NCBI GenBank assembly: GCA_001599295.1 | Contig: BCGN01000004.1 | Span: 314,138 to 378,137, forward strand | Origin: Sporopachydermia quercuum | Taxonomy: Eukaryota | Direction of reading: 5' to 3' | Length of the DNA stretch: 64,000 bases | Shown: one piece after another, positions 10,444-20,843 of the stretch | Numbering within the stretch: position 1 is the first letter of the stretch | Layout: every line of letters begins with the position of its first letter | Notes under the pieces: model-generated | What the model was told of the DNA's origin: nothing | The model's database searches: none | The model's input: the letters and a program-made list of their open reading frames with translations, nothing else | Made by a program: the position numbers and the translations under genes

Positions 10444-11196
10444 GGTTTTAATTGGAACCTTGTTTGAATTTCTAGCTGCTCAATTTATTTTATTGGTGAC
10501 TTTATCGTTAGCTGTACCAGTAATGTATCGCGCAAATAATAAGTAAATATGCTGTTCTTACTACCAGATAACAAGTCTAGCACAGAACGTAAGAAGCGAC
10601 TCTTTTTAATATCCTGTCGCTGAAACATGAACGCATCTCAACCTCCCAAAAAAAAAAAAAATCACTACAGACGCAATGATGGTCTCCTATATGCCTATAT
10701 TTTTAAAACCATGCACTCACTGTTCTCATTTTCTAACTAAAGCATTGGGCCTGTCATCAAAACTTGCCTTTCTTGTGAGATTCTCTAAGCTATCAGGTAA
10801 TTTCTGATCTTCAGACTTCCCTTTCTTTCTTCTTAGTTATGTACTCTTAGGGTTTTTGGGTGTCTTTGTTCTTCCACCGAATAGAGAAAGGGGAGTGGTT
10901 TGGTCATGTGATTGAGATAGATACTTGAGTATCGCATCTCTTCAGAAATTGATCGGTGTATGACGGAGATACTGAAGTGCCACGAAGTCTGTGATATGGA
11001 ACAAGTCTGTTCGATTCAGGAACAATTGTCTAGTGATAATAAGACTCAGTAATTATATTATCCCGAAATTGTACTCTTGTTGAATTTCGAGATTGATTGA
11101 GATTATTAGATTGGTCCAAGGATAATTTTCAGTACTACAATTGAGAAGCTCCTTGAATCAGTGGTCAATATTGGAGTAGAGTGAAAGATAAACAAT

Positions 11197-12060
11197 ATGG
11201 CTGATAAGTTCCCCGCTTTAGAAGAGATAGACGATGATTTTGCTGAAGCACAATCTGCACCGGCAATGGAGGAGACTGGTGAAGCTGATGACTTCTTGAA
11301 GAGAGAAAAAGAACTGTTGGGAGAGGAAGCTGGTGAGTTTGCAACTGAGGAAGATGCCAAAGTACAATCAAAGCCGGAGGATGAGATTTCCAAGTTTGAG
11401 AGTAATTTCCCTGATGTACTAATTGACGTATGTGTTCTTTATATTTTTGTTGTGATTAATCTTGTTGCTTTGCAGGATTTTTGTAGGACTTGTGTTAACG
11501 TTTTGATTGTTCTCTTTAGACCAATGAATCAGTTACATCAGAACCTGCCCCTGAACCTGTTATATTCAAAGAGGAAAGTGATGATTCAGCTATTTCCAAG
11601 GGAATTGAAGGTATTGATTTGAACGAGTCTGAAGCTATTAAGTAAGTTTAGTTTGAAATAGTCTTTCGATAGTGGTCTATCATGTGAGTGGTTATCTAAC
11701 ATTAGTTACAGAGAATGGAAGGAAAGAAGGAAGCTAGAAATTCAAAAACGAGATGAGGTATCTGCTGCAAAGAAGGCTGACATTGTGGATAATGGTAAAC
11801 AGGCACTTGATGACTTCTATGATAACTATAATAATAAAAAAGAGGCTGCTATCGAACAGACGGGAGAAGAAGAAAGGGCATTTTTGGAAGAACGGGATAA
11901 CTTTTACGGTGGAGATGATACTGCTTGGGACCGTGTTCTAAAATTGATTGATAGTAAAGAAACTGCTACTAAGACTGGTGGTAGAGATAAATCGAGATTT
12001 AGAGAAGTTTTGCTGTCATTGAAAGGTAAACCAGAAGCTCCTGGAGCAGGCGGTTATTAG
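11197..12060 (+). CDS. CLC1: Clathrin light chain, 3 exons
   Basis: Exons 11197-11427, 11520-11641, 11712-12060. Motifs MADKFPALE, DFLKREKELLG, FESNFP, IKEWKERR, DDFYDNYN, WDRVLKLI, DKSRFREVLLSLKG, APGAGGY. Confidence 0.93.
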
Positions 12061-12408
12061 ATTGGGTGACCTCTTTATGGTATAGGCTGACGATAAATAT
12101 CTGCACTATGTACATTTTTTTATATATATAAAGTAGTACAATTATATTGTAATATAATTATACTGTAAAAACAAATACTGTGGAATCAACTCATGTATGG
12201 TATGATTATTACAATACGGCACTTTGCGAATTTTGACCGAACTGGTTTTCTGAAGTTCCAATGGGATCATAAGAATGTAGACGATTGATAATTCAGTACT
12301 CATGTATTACTATACGTGTCGCATACTATAGTCGTGTTATATGGAAGGATTTGAACAACTGCAGATAGGATATATACATATGCCCGAAGTCTTGCCAGGT
12401 GAGTAATT

Positions 12409-13359
12409 TTACTCTTCCCATTTCTTATCTGTGAGAAGTTCGTATGCCTCTACATACTTGGCTTTGGTTCGTTCAACAATTTCTTCAGGCATAGCCACTC
12501 CCTCTTTTCCATCCAATCCATTGGATGTCAACCAATCTCTCAGAAACTGTTTGTCGTAAGATTCTTGGGATTTACCAATGGTGTAATTTTCTGAAGACCA
12601 GAATCTAGATGAGTCGGGGGTTAAAACTTCATCTACTAGCACGATATTGTTATCTTCATCAAGACCAAATTCGAATTTTGTGTCGGCAATAATAATACCT
12701 TTGGAAATGGCATAATCTCTGGCTTTGGAATATAGCTTGATAGCAAGTTCTTCGACTCTCCGAGCCAGCTCCTTATCTCCACCTAAAATTTCAACAGCTT
12801 TGTCGGGGTGAATATTCTCATCATGTTGACCTAGTTCTGCCTTCGTACTAGGTGTGTACAGAGGGGTAGGCAAAGCTTCAGATTCTTGTAATTCTTGATC
12901 TATTTTGATTCCGTGAATAGTCTTGCATTTCTTGTATTCTTTCCAAGCAGAACCAGTAACATATCCTCTGACGATGACTTCTAGTGGAATAAGTTTATAC
13001 TTATTTACTAAAAGTGATCTTCCTTCCAATTGAGATTTGTATGATGAGTTACTAGAAACTGATTCAGGTAGATTTTCCAGCAAAAGTTCATCATATGTTT
13101 TAGAGTCATGGTTCTCGAATTCGACAATGTGTGTTTTAGTGAAAGGAGAGAGAAACTCAAACCAAAATTGAGATAATTTAGTAAGAATTTTTCCTTTAGA
13201 GGGAATTCCATTCTCCATAATAACATCATAGGCCGAAATTCTATCAGTGGCTACGAACAACAAAGTCGAGTCATCCACTGCATAGATATCTCTGACTTTG
13301 CCTTGAGAAATCAATGGAAGCTTTCCATCTAAATTAGTGTGTGTTAATCCTTTAGACAT
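12409..13359 (-). CDS. ADE1: SAICAR synthetase
   Basis: GKVRDIY, ATDRISAYD, PLEVIVRGY, TPSTKA, IADTKFEFG, DEVLTPDSSRFW, DKQFLRDWL. Confidence 0.97.
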   Translation of the reverse strand: MSKGLTHTNLDGKLPLISQGKVRDIYAVDDSTLLFVATDRISAYDVIMENGIPSKGKILTKLSQFWFEFLSPFTKTHIVEFENHDSKTYDELLLENLPESVSSNSSYKSQLEGRSLLVNKYKLIPLEVIVRGYVTGSAWKEYKKCKTIHGIKIDQELQESEALPTPLYTPSTKAELGQHDENIHPDKAVEILGGDKELARRVEELAIKLYSKARDYAISKGIIIADTKFEFGLDEDNNIVLVDEVLTPDSSRFWSSENYTIGKSQESYDKQFLRDWLTSNGLDGKEGVAMPEEIVERTKAKYVEAYELLTDKKWEE

Positions 13360-13977
13360 TTTTTATGGTAGAACTCAATCAGACTCTAGTTTTTCTGTAT
13401 GAATCTCTGGTTATACGATTATTTGGGAACATGTAAAGTAGTTATCAAAATTGATATTAATACGTGCTACACATATAATGAAATGAACTCTCACTTATTT
13501 TTGCTTATTGACGGGAGAAAGCTTTATTCAATATTCGTTAACTTTAAGAGACGGATCCATCAGAATATGATGTTAGTTTACGTAATCATTTTAATGTTGT
13601 TTGTCTCATCCCAGGCCTTGTAATTAGGGTTACATAAAAAAACTGGCACACAGTACGATTACTCAAATGTCCATCCTCGGAAAAGGGATAACATACGTTA
13701 AGTAGATTTTACCCCACGATATATCCGCCAGTTATATATAACGCTGATTGGTACTGATCTAGAGACCAGTGAATGTTTTACGAAATCGAAACTGGACGAT
13801 TGCAAATGGATGGTGAGGTGAATAAACAAAAAGAAAAATAAACAGAATCAGAATATTCATTTGTAGACATATTTACAATAAAGATTCATAATTGAATTGA
13901 ATACAGATCGATTACCATTAACGATTAACAGACAGACAAACACTACCGTAAGTCTAATTCAACCAGCACCATCTACA

Positions 13978-15649
13978 ATGACAGAATCCGAAAAAATTGC
14001 CACAGTTTCCATCGATTTTGATGCCCTTTTGCAGTTTATCATCACCGACAAGGAATACCAGAGACTTGCACATCTTGTGAATAGCAAAACAAAGAAGAAG
14101 TTACTACCTAGTGAAACAAATTCACCACCAGATGAGGAGAAATATACCGAAGGCGCAAACAGTTCACTGCTAAAACGAGTATTTGATACTCTCACGAAAC
14201 TCGTAAGAAGCGGAACAAGGTCGTACATCATTACATATGCTGTTTTAATAACTTGCAACCTATTAAAGCTGTCAATACTAGCACTCAAAAACAAGACTTC
14301 GCTAAGGAACGTATTGGGTCTTGCAAACACTGTTGATATACAAAGTGTGGCCAAATTTGTGGCAGCACTATTTTCAATTTATCCAGTAGTAAATAATGTA
14401 TTAAAAACTCTAACCACTAGTACCGGGTCTTCAGTGTTCGAATCTAAATTAGCCAAACGACTGTTACTTGACCCAAATACTATCTCAGAAGTTATTGGAA
14501 CGGTACTAACTACAGGCATTGCTTACAGATTTACGCCCAAATCATTCCCTCAATCGTATGTTGCAGTATTCTACATATGCAATGCAGTGCAGTACTCTTT
14601 TGCTACTATTCAAAGCAGAGAAAGAGTCAAACTCCCATCATGGTTGGGATCCTGGGTGATTTTTCCCTTTGCCTTCTCTGAATTATTTTATACCTACATC
14701 TGCGACATTGAAAATTGTCCAAGCGTAAGTTTTATTTCATTTGGACTATAATACAGTTTAAAATTGCGCACTAACATACAGAAAGACATTTGAGAAATAT
14801 TTTACGAAATTGCTAGATGGGTTCTTTGAAAGCAAACCGTCATATGTCAGTAAGAACCTAGAATGGCCAACAACAACAGATTTAATTGACGCAATTAGAA
14901 AAATTCCTCTAGACTTGAACGACAAATATGCTTCATATATTGGCAAGAGAGCTTATTATCAATCCCCTAATATACCTGCTATTGAACCTGTTTTGAGAAT
15001 ATCGAACCCTGCACATAAGAACTATTTCACAGCTCTTGCTCATCCAACGAAAGAATCCAACGAAATCTCATTCTTGAAGTTTATCGTGCGGAAAAATGTG
15101 ACGTTGTTAAAGTACTTTTTACCATTTTACTTAGCTCTAGCCACATGGAAAAGATACAAGAGCAAGAAAGACGTATCTGAAGCCAGCGATAGTAACGCTG
15201 CGACAGCTGTTACAGTCAAAGAAACGATCAGAAATTCGTTCAAAAAGGCCATTAGAACCTCTTTATTTTTATCAGTACTTGGAGGTACGGCTATAAACTC
15301 CACAGTAAATATCCCAAATGTTGTATCATCTAAAGTTCTTCCTAAAGCACGATATCGAATTATTGGACTTTTGGCAGGAGCTTCGTCCTTGATATTGGGA
15401 AACCACACTGCATTATATTTATATGCCTTGCGTTATGCCGTCTTGGCGGCCTGGAGTGAGATAGGAAAGTCAAAGAGAAACTTAGGAATTCTCAATCGCA
15501 GTAAATATAGGGATTCTTATCTTCTGGCCTTCGCATATGGGATACTAGCATATCTAAAGGCTACTGGTAACCAAGGCCAAATCAAGAGCAAAGCAACCAT
15601 GAGAATTTTGAATTTGATACAACGAGGTAATGCATTCTCATTTGAGTGA
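13978..15649 (+). CDS. TMEM135/PMP52-like (probably peroxisomal) membrane protein, 2 exons
   Basis: Exons 13978-14724 and 14786-15649, joined by GTAAGT...CACTAAC...AAG. Multiple hydrophobic segments; PSWLGSWVIFPFAFSELFYTY, WPT and AHP motifs resemble fungal TMEM135-family proteins. Confidence 0.65.
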
Positions 15650-15870
15650 AATTGTCACATTTTTTGATAGATAAGTAAATTGTGGGTATAAGTTGAGCAT
15701 TTGATGTGTAATATGTTTCTATTTCTTGATGAATGAATCACTTTTTGGTATAATGTTGAACTTCAGAATGTAGACAATATGCCACACTTAATTACAGGAT
15801 TGATTTACTGTTGATTTCTAGTCACCTAAGATTGAACTAGTAAAGACACAATGTAGTAACAGAACCGTCA

Positions 15871-16530
15871 TTATTCTATGATACCAGCTTCTGTGTTCAA
15901 GATACCGGGGACAATACTCGAATCAGCTGGTGGAAACAAATATAAATAGGGTCCACCTGGTATAGCCTCGTCACTATCAATCAATGTAGATCTATCAAGT
16001 ATTTTAACACATCTAGTAAGTTCGGAAAGGGAGGGCTTGCATTTTATCACAAAATGATTAGATTCCAATTCATCTGCAATTTCTAGTTGATGGTTATCCA
16101 TTAATTGGTCATTTGTCACCACTAATAGCTTATTTCCTTTTCGCAAGGAATCTAAAATAGACCCTGTTCCTGCGTGAGATACTACCAAGTCACAGCTTTC
16201 TAATATATTTCCTAGTTCAAACGAAAAATTAAATCCCTTTATTATCAACTTATCTCTGTAAGTAAATTCGAACTCTCTCAGTTTCATTGACGTCTCATTC
16301 TTATTCATAGTTTTCTCCTCGAACTCAACATCATTTGTCAGACTTAGAACAAGCTCTTTAGCTAGATCCCACCCGAGATCTTCAACCCCAAACTGTATCA
16401 AATAATTAGTGATATTCAAATGTATAAGTACGTCTATAAACTCCCGACTTAAGCTGATTTCAACAAGGGAGCGAAATGTAGTTGTAGCTCCTGTAGTTAC
16501 TAGCAGTGTCTTTCTGTTTGCGGGTTTCAT
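15871..16530 (-). CDS. ALG13: UDP-GlcNAc transferase catalytic subunit
   Basis: LVTTGAT..F, IQFG, DLVVSHAGTGSILD, VTNDQLMDNHQLEIA. First ATG at 16530 (the track start is GTG). Confidence 0.92.
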   Translation of the reverse strand: MKPANRKTLLVTTGATTTFRSLVEISLSREFIDVLIHLNITNYLIQFGVEDLGWDLAKELVLSLTNDVEFEEKTMNKNETSMKLREFEFTYRDKLIIKGFNFSFELGNILESCDLVVSHAGTGSILDSLRKGNKLLVVTNDQLMDNHQLEIADELESNHFVIKCKPSLSELTRCVKILDRSTLIDSDEAIPGGPYLYLFPPADSSIVPGILNTEAGIIE

Positions 16531-16777
16531 TTCACTATCGACAACCTTCCTCAGTAACCAAGTTAGGATGTCAGGATCACTTTTTTTTCCTTTCCAGTCT
16601 GTAATGAATACTAAAAACTGACAATTTTGAGTACCACTTTCAATCAATTCCACTCATACATGAAGAAGAGCTGATAGAAAAGTATATCTAACACTCGTCG
16701 CATCATAAATGAGTTCAATTGTAAGCTACAAATCATTGTTAATTCCCCATTCATTTTTCAGTTTGCAACACTATGAA

Positions 16778-16870
16778 TTTCCATATAGGGTAAGGTAAAT
16801 CATATGACCAAATTATATAAAACAGGCAGTTTACTTAATCAATAACCACTAAAACAGATTTATGTAAACA
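16778..16870 (+). promoter_or_regulatory. Mcm1 site with adjacent forkhead-like site, plus a second forkhead site, upstream of KIN3
   Basis: TTTCC-ATATAG-GGTAA-GGTAAAT at 16778-16800, TATATAAA at about 16814, GTAAACA at 16864-16870. Confidence 0.55.
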
Positions 16871-17440
16871 GTTATCTGGATTGGGTAATGATGAATTATT
16901 TCCTGAATGACCGGCAGATAGAAGATAGAATGCTCCGCTCCGTACGAGAGAAGTAAGTAGTAGAAACTGAAATATGTATGGACTAGAGTGGAAGTAGTAG
17001 CGATATGAGTAAATCAAAGCTTGGGTAAGATACTCAAAGATCGAGGACCTTGAAGATCAAAGTAAGATATGGAATTACGATAGTGGATTTAAGAAGGGGA
17101 ATAGGGAATAATAATAATTCATCGAGAAGGAGAACAGAAATAGTGTCAGAGTGATGCTTGTGGATATATGAAGATTGGTCAAGCAAGAATTACTTAAGAT
17201 AAAACTGAAGTTTAGATGTTCGCTTATTGGAAGAAGGATTTCATTCAACTAGAAGCAAGACACTGGAAATTAAGTCAGATCTGAAGCTCGATAGCTGAGT
17301 TTATCAAACTTGCTTAGTTCGATCATTCAAGTGGAACTGCCATAACTCGCACTCTCTTCTTGTTAAAGGGGATAGAACAGAGAGTACTAACATCAAATTT
17401 ACTCAAATATCAGCAAACCTAATCATTTTCATAACGACTT

Positions 17441-19432
17441 ATGGGACGACTAAAGTCAACAACTACAACAGTGATATACAACAAATCAAGCAAGATGAGC
17501 TCAATAGAGAACGACTATGAAGTACTAGAACTGATAGGACGAGGTTCCTTCGGAAACGTCAGAAAAGTACGTAGAATATCAGATGGGAAGATAATGGTTA
17601 GAAAAGAAATAAACTATCTTTCGATGAACCCCAAACAAAGATCACAACTTAACGCTGAGTTCTCAATACTGAGAGAGCTGAAACATCCTAATATTGTACA
17701 ATACTATCACCACGAATTAATACAAAATGACCACACTGTACACCTATATATGGAGTACTGCGAAGGTGGTGATCTGGCAGGTGTCATAAAGGAATGCAAG
17801 AAAACTGGAACTTACGTTCCTGAAGAATTAGTGTGGCGAGTATTCACTCAAACCCTTTTAGCCCTTCACAAGTGTCACTATGGCGTAGATGCTGCACCTG
17901 TAGACAATCTATTTCAAATTGGGGAACTCACAAATGAAGAGCCTATCGGATACAACTCTTCAGTGACAGTGATTCATAGAGATATAAAGCCAGACAATGT
18001 ATTTCTATTAAAGAACAATTATGTCAAGCTTGGCGATTTTGGTCTGGCAAAAGTACTAGAAAGTGAGAACGATTTTGCTACCACGTACGTGGGTACACCT
18101 TATTACATGAGTCCAGAAGTACTAATGGATGAACCATATACACCTCTATCAGATATATGGTCACTGGGATGTGTGATGTATGAGCTATGTGCTTTGCATC
18201 CGCCATTTCTTGCAAAAACACATTTACAACTTTCCAATCGCATCAAACAAGGAACTTACGACCCAATCCCGAATCACTACTCTCAAATGCTAAGAATGAC
18301 GATTGATGCATGCATCACTATAGAGCCATCACACAGACCTTCAAGTGCATCATTGCTACAGTCTAATCCTATGAAAATGGTCAGAATGGATATGCGCCTG
18401 ATGGAAAAAGAACAATATCTCATTGAATTAGAAGATCGACTGAGAATGGAAGACGCTGGAATCAGAGAAAGAGAGGCTACCGTAAATGCTCATTTAAATG
18501 AGCTTGGGGCAAGAGAAATGGCTCTGAACAAAAAATTCGAGGAGCTCAGCAGTGTGTATGAATCTGAGTACCAGTATCTTGTCGAACAGGAAGTTCAAAA
18601 TAGACTGAGGGTTATCCTTCAGCAACAAGAGCTTGAGCAAAGTGAACACCATTTTTCGAATTCAGTACATACCGAGAATACAAGTCTTCAAGTAGTGGAC
18701 TCTACAGAGGATTACGAACAAAGGCAGAAAGATTCCATAGCTCTGACACCATATGTGAACAAAAGATTAGGTGGAAGATTTCCTGGACTCAATTCACCTT
18801 GTGATATAAGTATGTCAATGACACCTTCTCCTAAATTATTGCGCGGACCAAGAACAAATCCCGAGCTAAAGACTCCATCTACAGATTTGAGAACACCGCT
18901 GAGAGTGATTCCTTCAGACATATCTAGTCTGAACAGTATAAAAGGTCGTACATGTTTTGGAATTACAACAGTCCATGATCCATTAGATGGGACTGAAATT
19001 TCAATATCAAACACAGATTTGGGGACATATATAACAGCATCAACACCCATGAAGAATCCCGCTAGCCCCTCAAAATCATTATCAAGAAGAGTGAAGAACT
19101 ACTCAAAATCTCAAGACCAAGTAAGAAGTCAAAGTTCGTTGTCAAGCTATAACGATGTAAAAACACCAGGAATGAACACAGAATCGAAAAGATTACACTC
19201 AAATACTGATATCATGTCTAGTCCTGGATTTGGATACGGATTGGGGGCAGCAGCTGCTAAGGCTAAAATTCTACAACTTAGTACCAATAGCCCTGTGACA
19301 CCAATGTTGAAAGTCCTACAACCTCGTGAAGCTTTAGTTTCCGATTCAACGAACATGAGAGGACCAGTTGAATATAATGAAAACCAAACGCAAAGACCAT
19401 ATTTACCTGACTGGCAGCCATCATACAACTAA
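17441..19432 (+). CDS. KIN3: NIMA-family Ser/Thr protein kinase
   Basis: IGRGSFG, VRKEI, MEYCEGGDL, HRDIKPDN, DFGLAK, YVGTPYYMSPE, DIWSLGC, then a coiled coil and an S/T-P-rich tail. The true start may be the second Met at 17495. Confidence 0.92.
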   Translation: MGRLKSTTTTVIYNKSSKMSSIENDYEVLELIGRGSFGNVRKVRRISDGKIMVRKEINYLSMNPKQRSQLNAEFSILRELKHPNIVQYYHHELIQNDHTVHLYMEYCEGGDLAGVIKECKKTGTYVPEELVWRVFTQTLLALHKCHYGVDAAPVDNLFQIGELTNEEPIGYNSSVTVIHRDIKPDNVFLLKNNYVKLGDFGLAKVLESENDFATTYVGTPYYMSPEVLMDEPYTPLSDIWSLGCVMYELCALHPPFLAKTHLQLSNRIKQGTYDPIPNHYSQMLRMTIDACITIEPSHRPSSASLLQSNPMKMVRMDMRLMEKEQYLIELEDRLRMEDAGIREREATVNAHLNELGAREMALNKKFEELSSVYESEYQYLVEQEVQNRLRVILQQQELEQSEHHFSNSVHTENTSLQVVDSTEDYEQRQKDSIALTPYVNKRLGGRFPGLNSPCDISMSMTPSPKLLRGPRTNPELKTPSTDLRTPLRVIPSDISSLNSIKGRTCFGITTVHDPLDGTEISISNTDLGTYITASTPMKNPASPSKSLSRRVKNYSKSQDQVRSQSSLSSYNDVKTPGMNTESKRLHSNTDIMSSPGFGYGLGAAAAKAKILQLSTNSPVTPMLKVLQPREALVSDSTNMRGPVEYNENQTQRPYLPDWQPSYN

Positions 19433-19605
19433 CAAGATTCCGAAGAAAACGAAATGAAAAGAAATCTATAATACACTGCTTGTCACTTTTCAGCCGACAA
19501 AAATAATGAATATGTACCATAAATAATAATTCCCAATATATTTCTTCTTATCAACACACATATATATACAAGAACGATTGATTATTGATATTCAACTCCT
19601 AAATA

Positions 19606-20065
19606 TTACCAAGAACCCTTTTGAACACCAGGGAGATCTCCTTCGAGAGCTTGCATACGGAATTGATACTAGAAATAATTGTTAGTAGAAGTTCAATCTA
19701 ATCTGACGATATGTAACATAAACAAGTGAAAAGGAAATCAGTTCATCAATACGTACTCTTCCTAGCCTGAACTTTTTCAAAACAGTGTTAGCAGTTCCTG
19801 AGGAAACACATCTGTTTTTGATATGCGTGAATCTAGTAAATGTTGGCATCTTGGCTAATTGAATTTGAGCTTCAAGACGAGCGGTGATTGGTAGCTTTGG
19901 ATTTCGCGAGATAAATCTCAAGGCCACTTGGGTCAACTCAGTTTCTGCAAACTTTTGTCTTCGAAAACTGTCTCTGATGACTTTATTGTTGATGAAAGTC
20001 CTTGGAATTTGGACTCCCTTACTGTAGGAGATTCCCTTGATGTTTTTTGTGAAAAGGTTCTTCAT
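19606..20065 (-). CDS. MRP2: Mitochondrial ribosomal protein uS14m, 2 exons
   Basis: Exons 20065-19757 and 19668-19606 (GTACGT...TACTAAC...TAG). Product has RD..RR..F, IKNRCV and ends GRYQFRMQALEGDLPGVQKGSW. Confidence 0.92.
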
Positions 20066-20843
20066 TTTGTGTACACAGCTATGGCCCTTTGTCGAATTTA
20101 CGCAAGTGTTCAATACTCCCAACAAGATGGAAAACCAACGATGTACATTCAAAAAATTCAATTATTTCCCAAGGTTCTCCTAGATCTTATCCTTTGAGTA
20201 ATATCCAACAATTTCATGAATCAGTTGTACCGTCAACTTACCCATTATTCATCAAATATTTCCATGGCACTGGTAATATAATAGAGGTACCATACATAAA
20301 TCCACTATTCTTATCACACTGCTTCTAAGACTGTTTCACAATGGCCGATGTAAGGTTGAAGCTGAAATGTACTGAGGTTTACACATACCGTATTTCGGGC
20401 ATGAATATTTCAGAACTAAATGCGAAGGAAGCGAGACGTGAGATGGCATAGCATGGACAGGCATCCGATTATGCCTGCGTCCAGGACCCTTGAACCGAAA
20501 GTTATAATTGATGTCATCTTTCACTATTTGATTGAAGAAAAATCAGAATATACATCGGTTGAGATTAGATATAATTTGGTGGGAGTATGTGGTTTTAGAG
20601 AAACGTATGTATGGTATAGAGCACTTAGAATTCTTGTGGAGTAACCATTCACATGCTCTTACTTATTCAACTGAGCTAGAAGGTTTCTCAAAGGAGAACC
20701 AAATGAAGCACGTGAGTTCCTATAAATCGAATTGTTGTCTTGCCGTGAAGAGAAGCATAATTCTTATCTACATAGTTGGCCATTAAGAACTCGAAATAAA
20801 GTACAGAAACAAATACTGGTAATGAATTTTTTTTATGATTTAA

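Noticed and set aside
10860..10890. ATTCGGTGGAA on the minus strand resembling RNase P RNA conserved region I
   Set aside because: The preceding GGGAA and the other RNase P conserved regions were not found.
13627..13640. 14-mer GGGTTACATAAAAA shared with 35535-35548
   Set aside because: Matches of this length between AT-rich sites are expected by chance in 64 kb, and the flanking genes share no obvious function.
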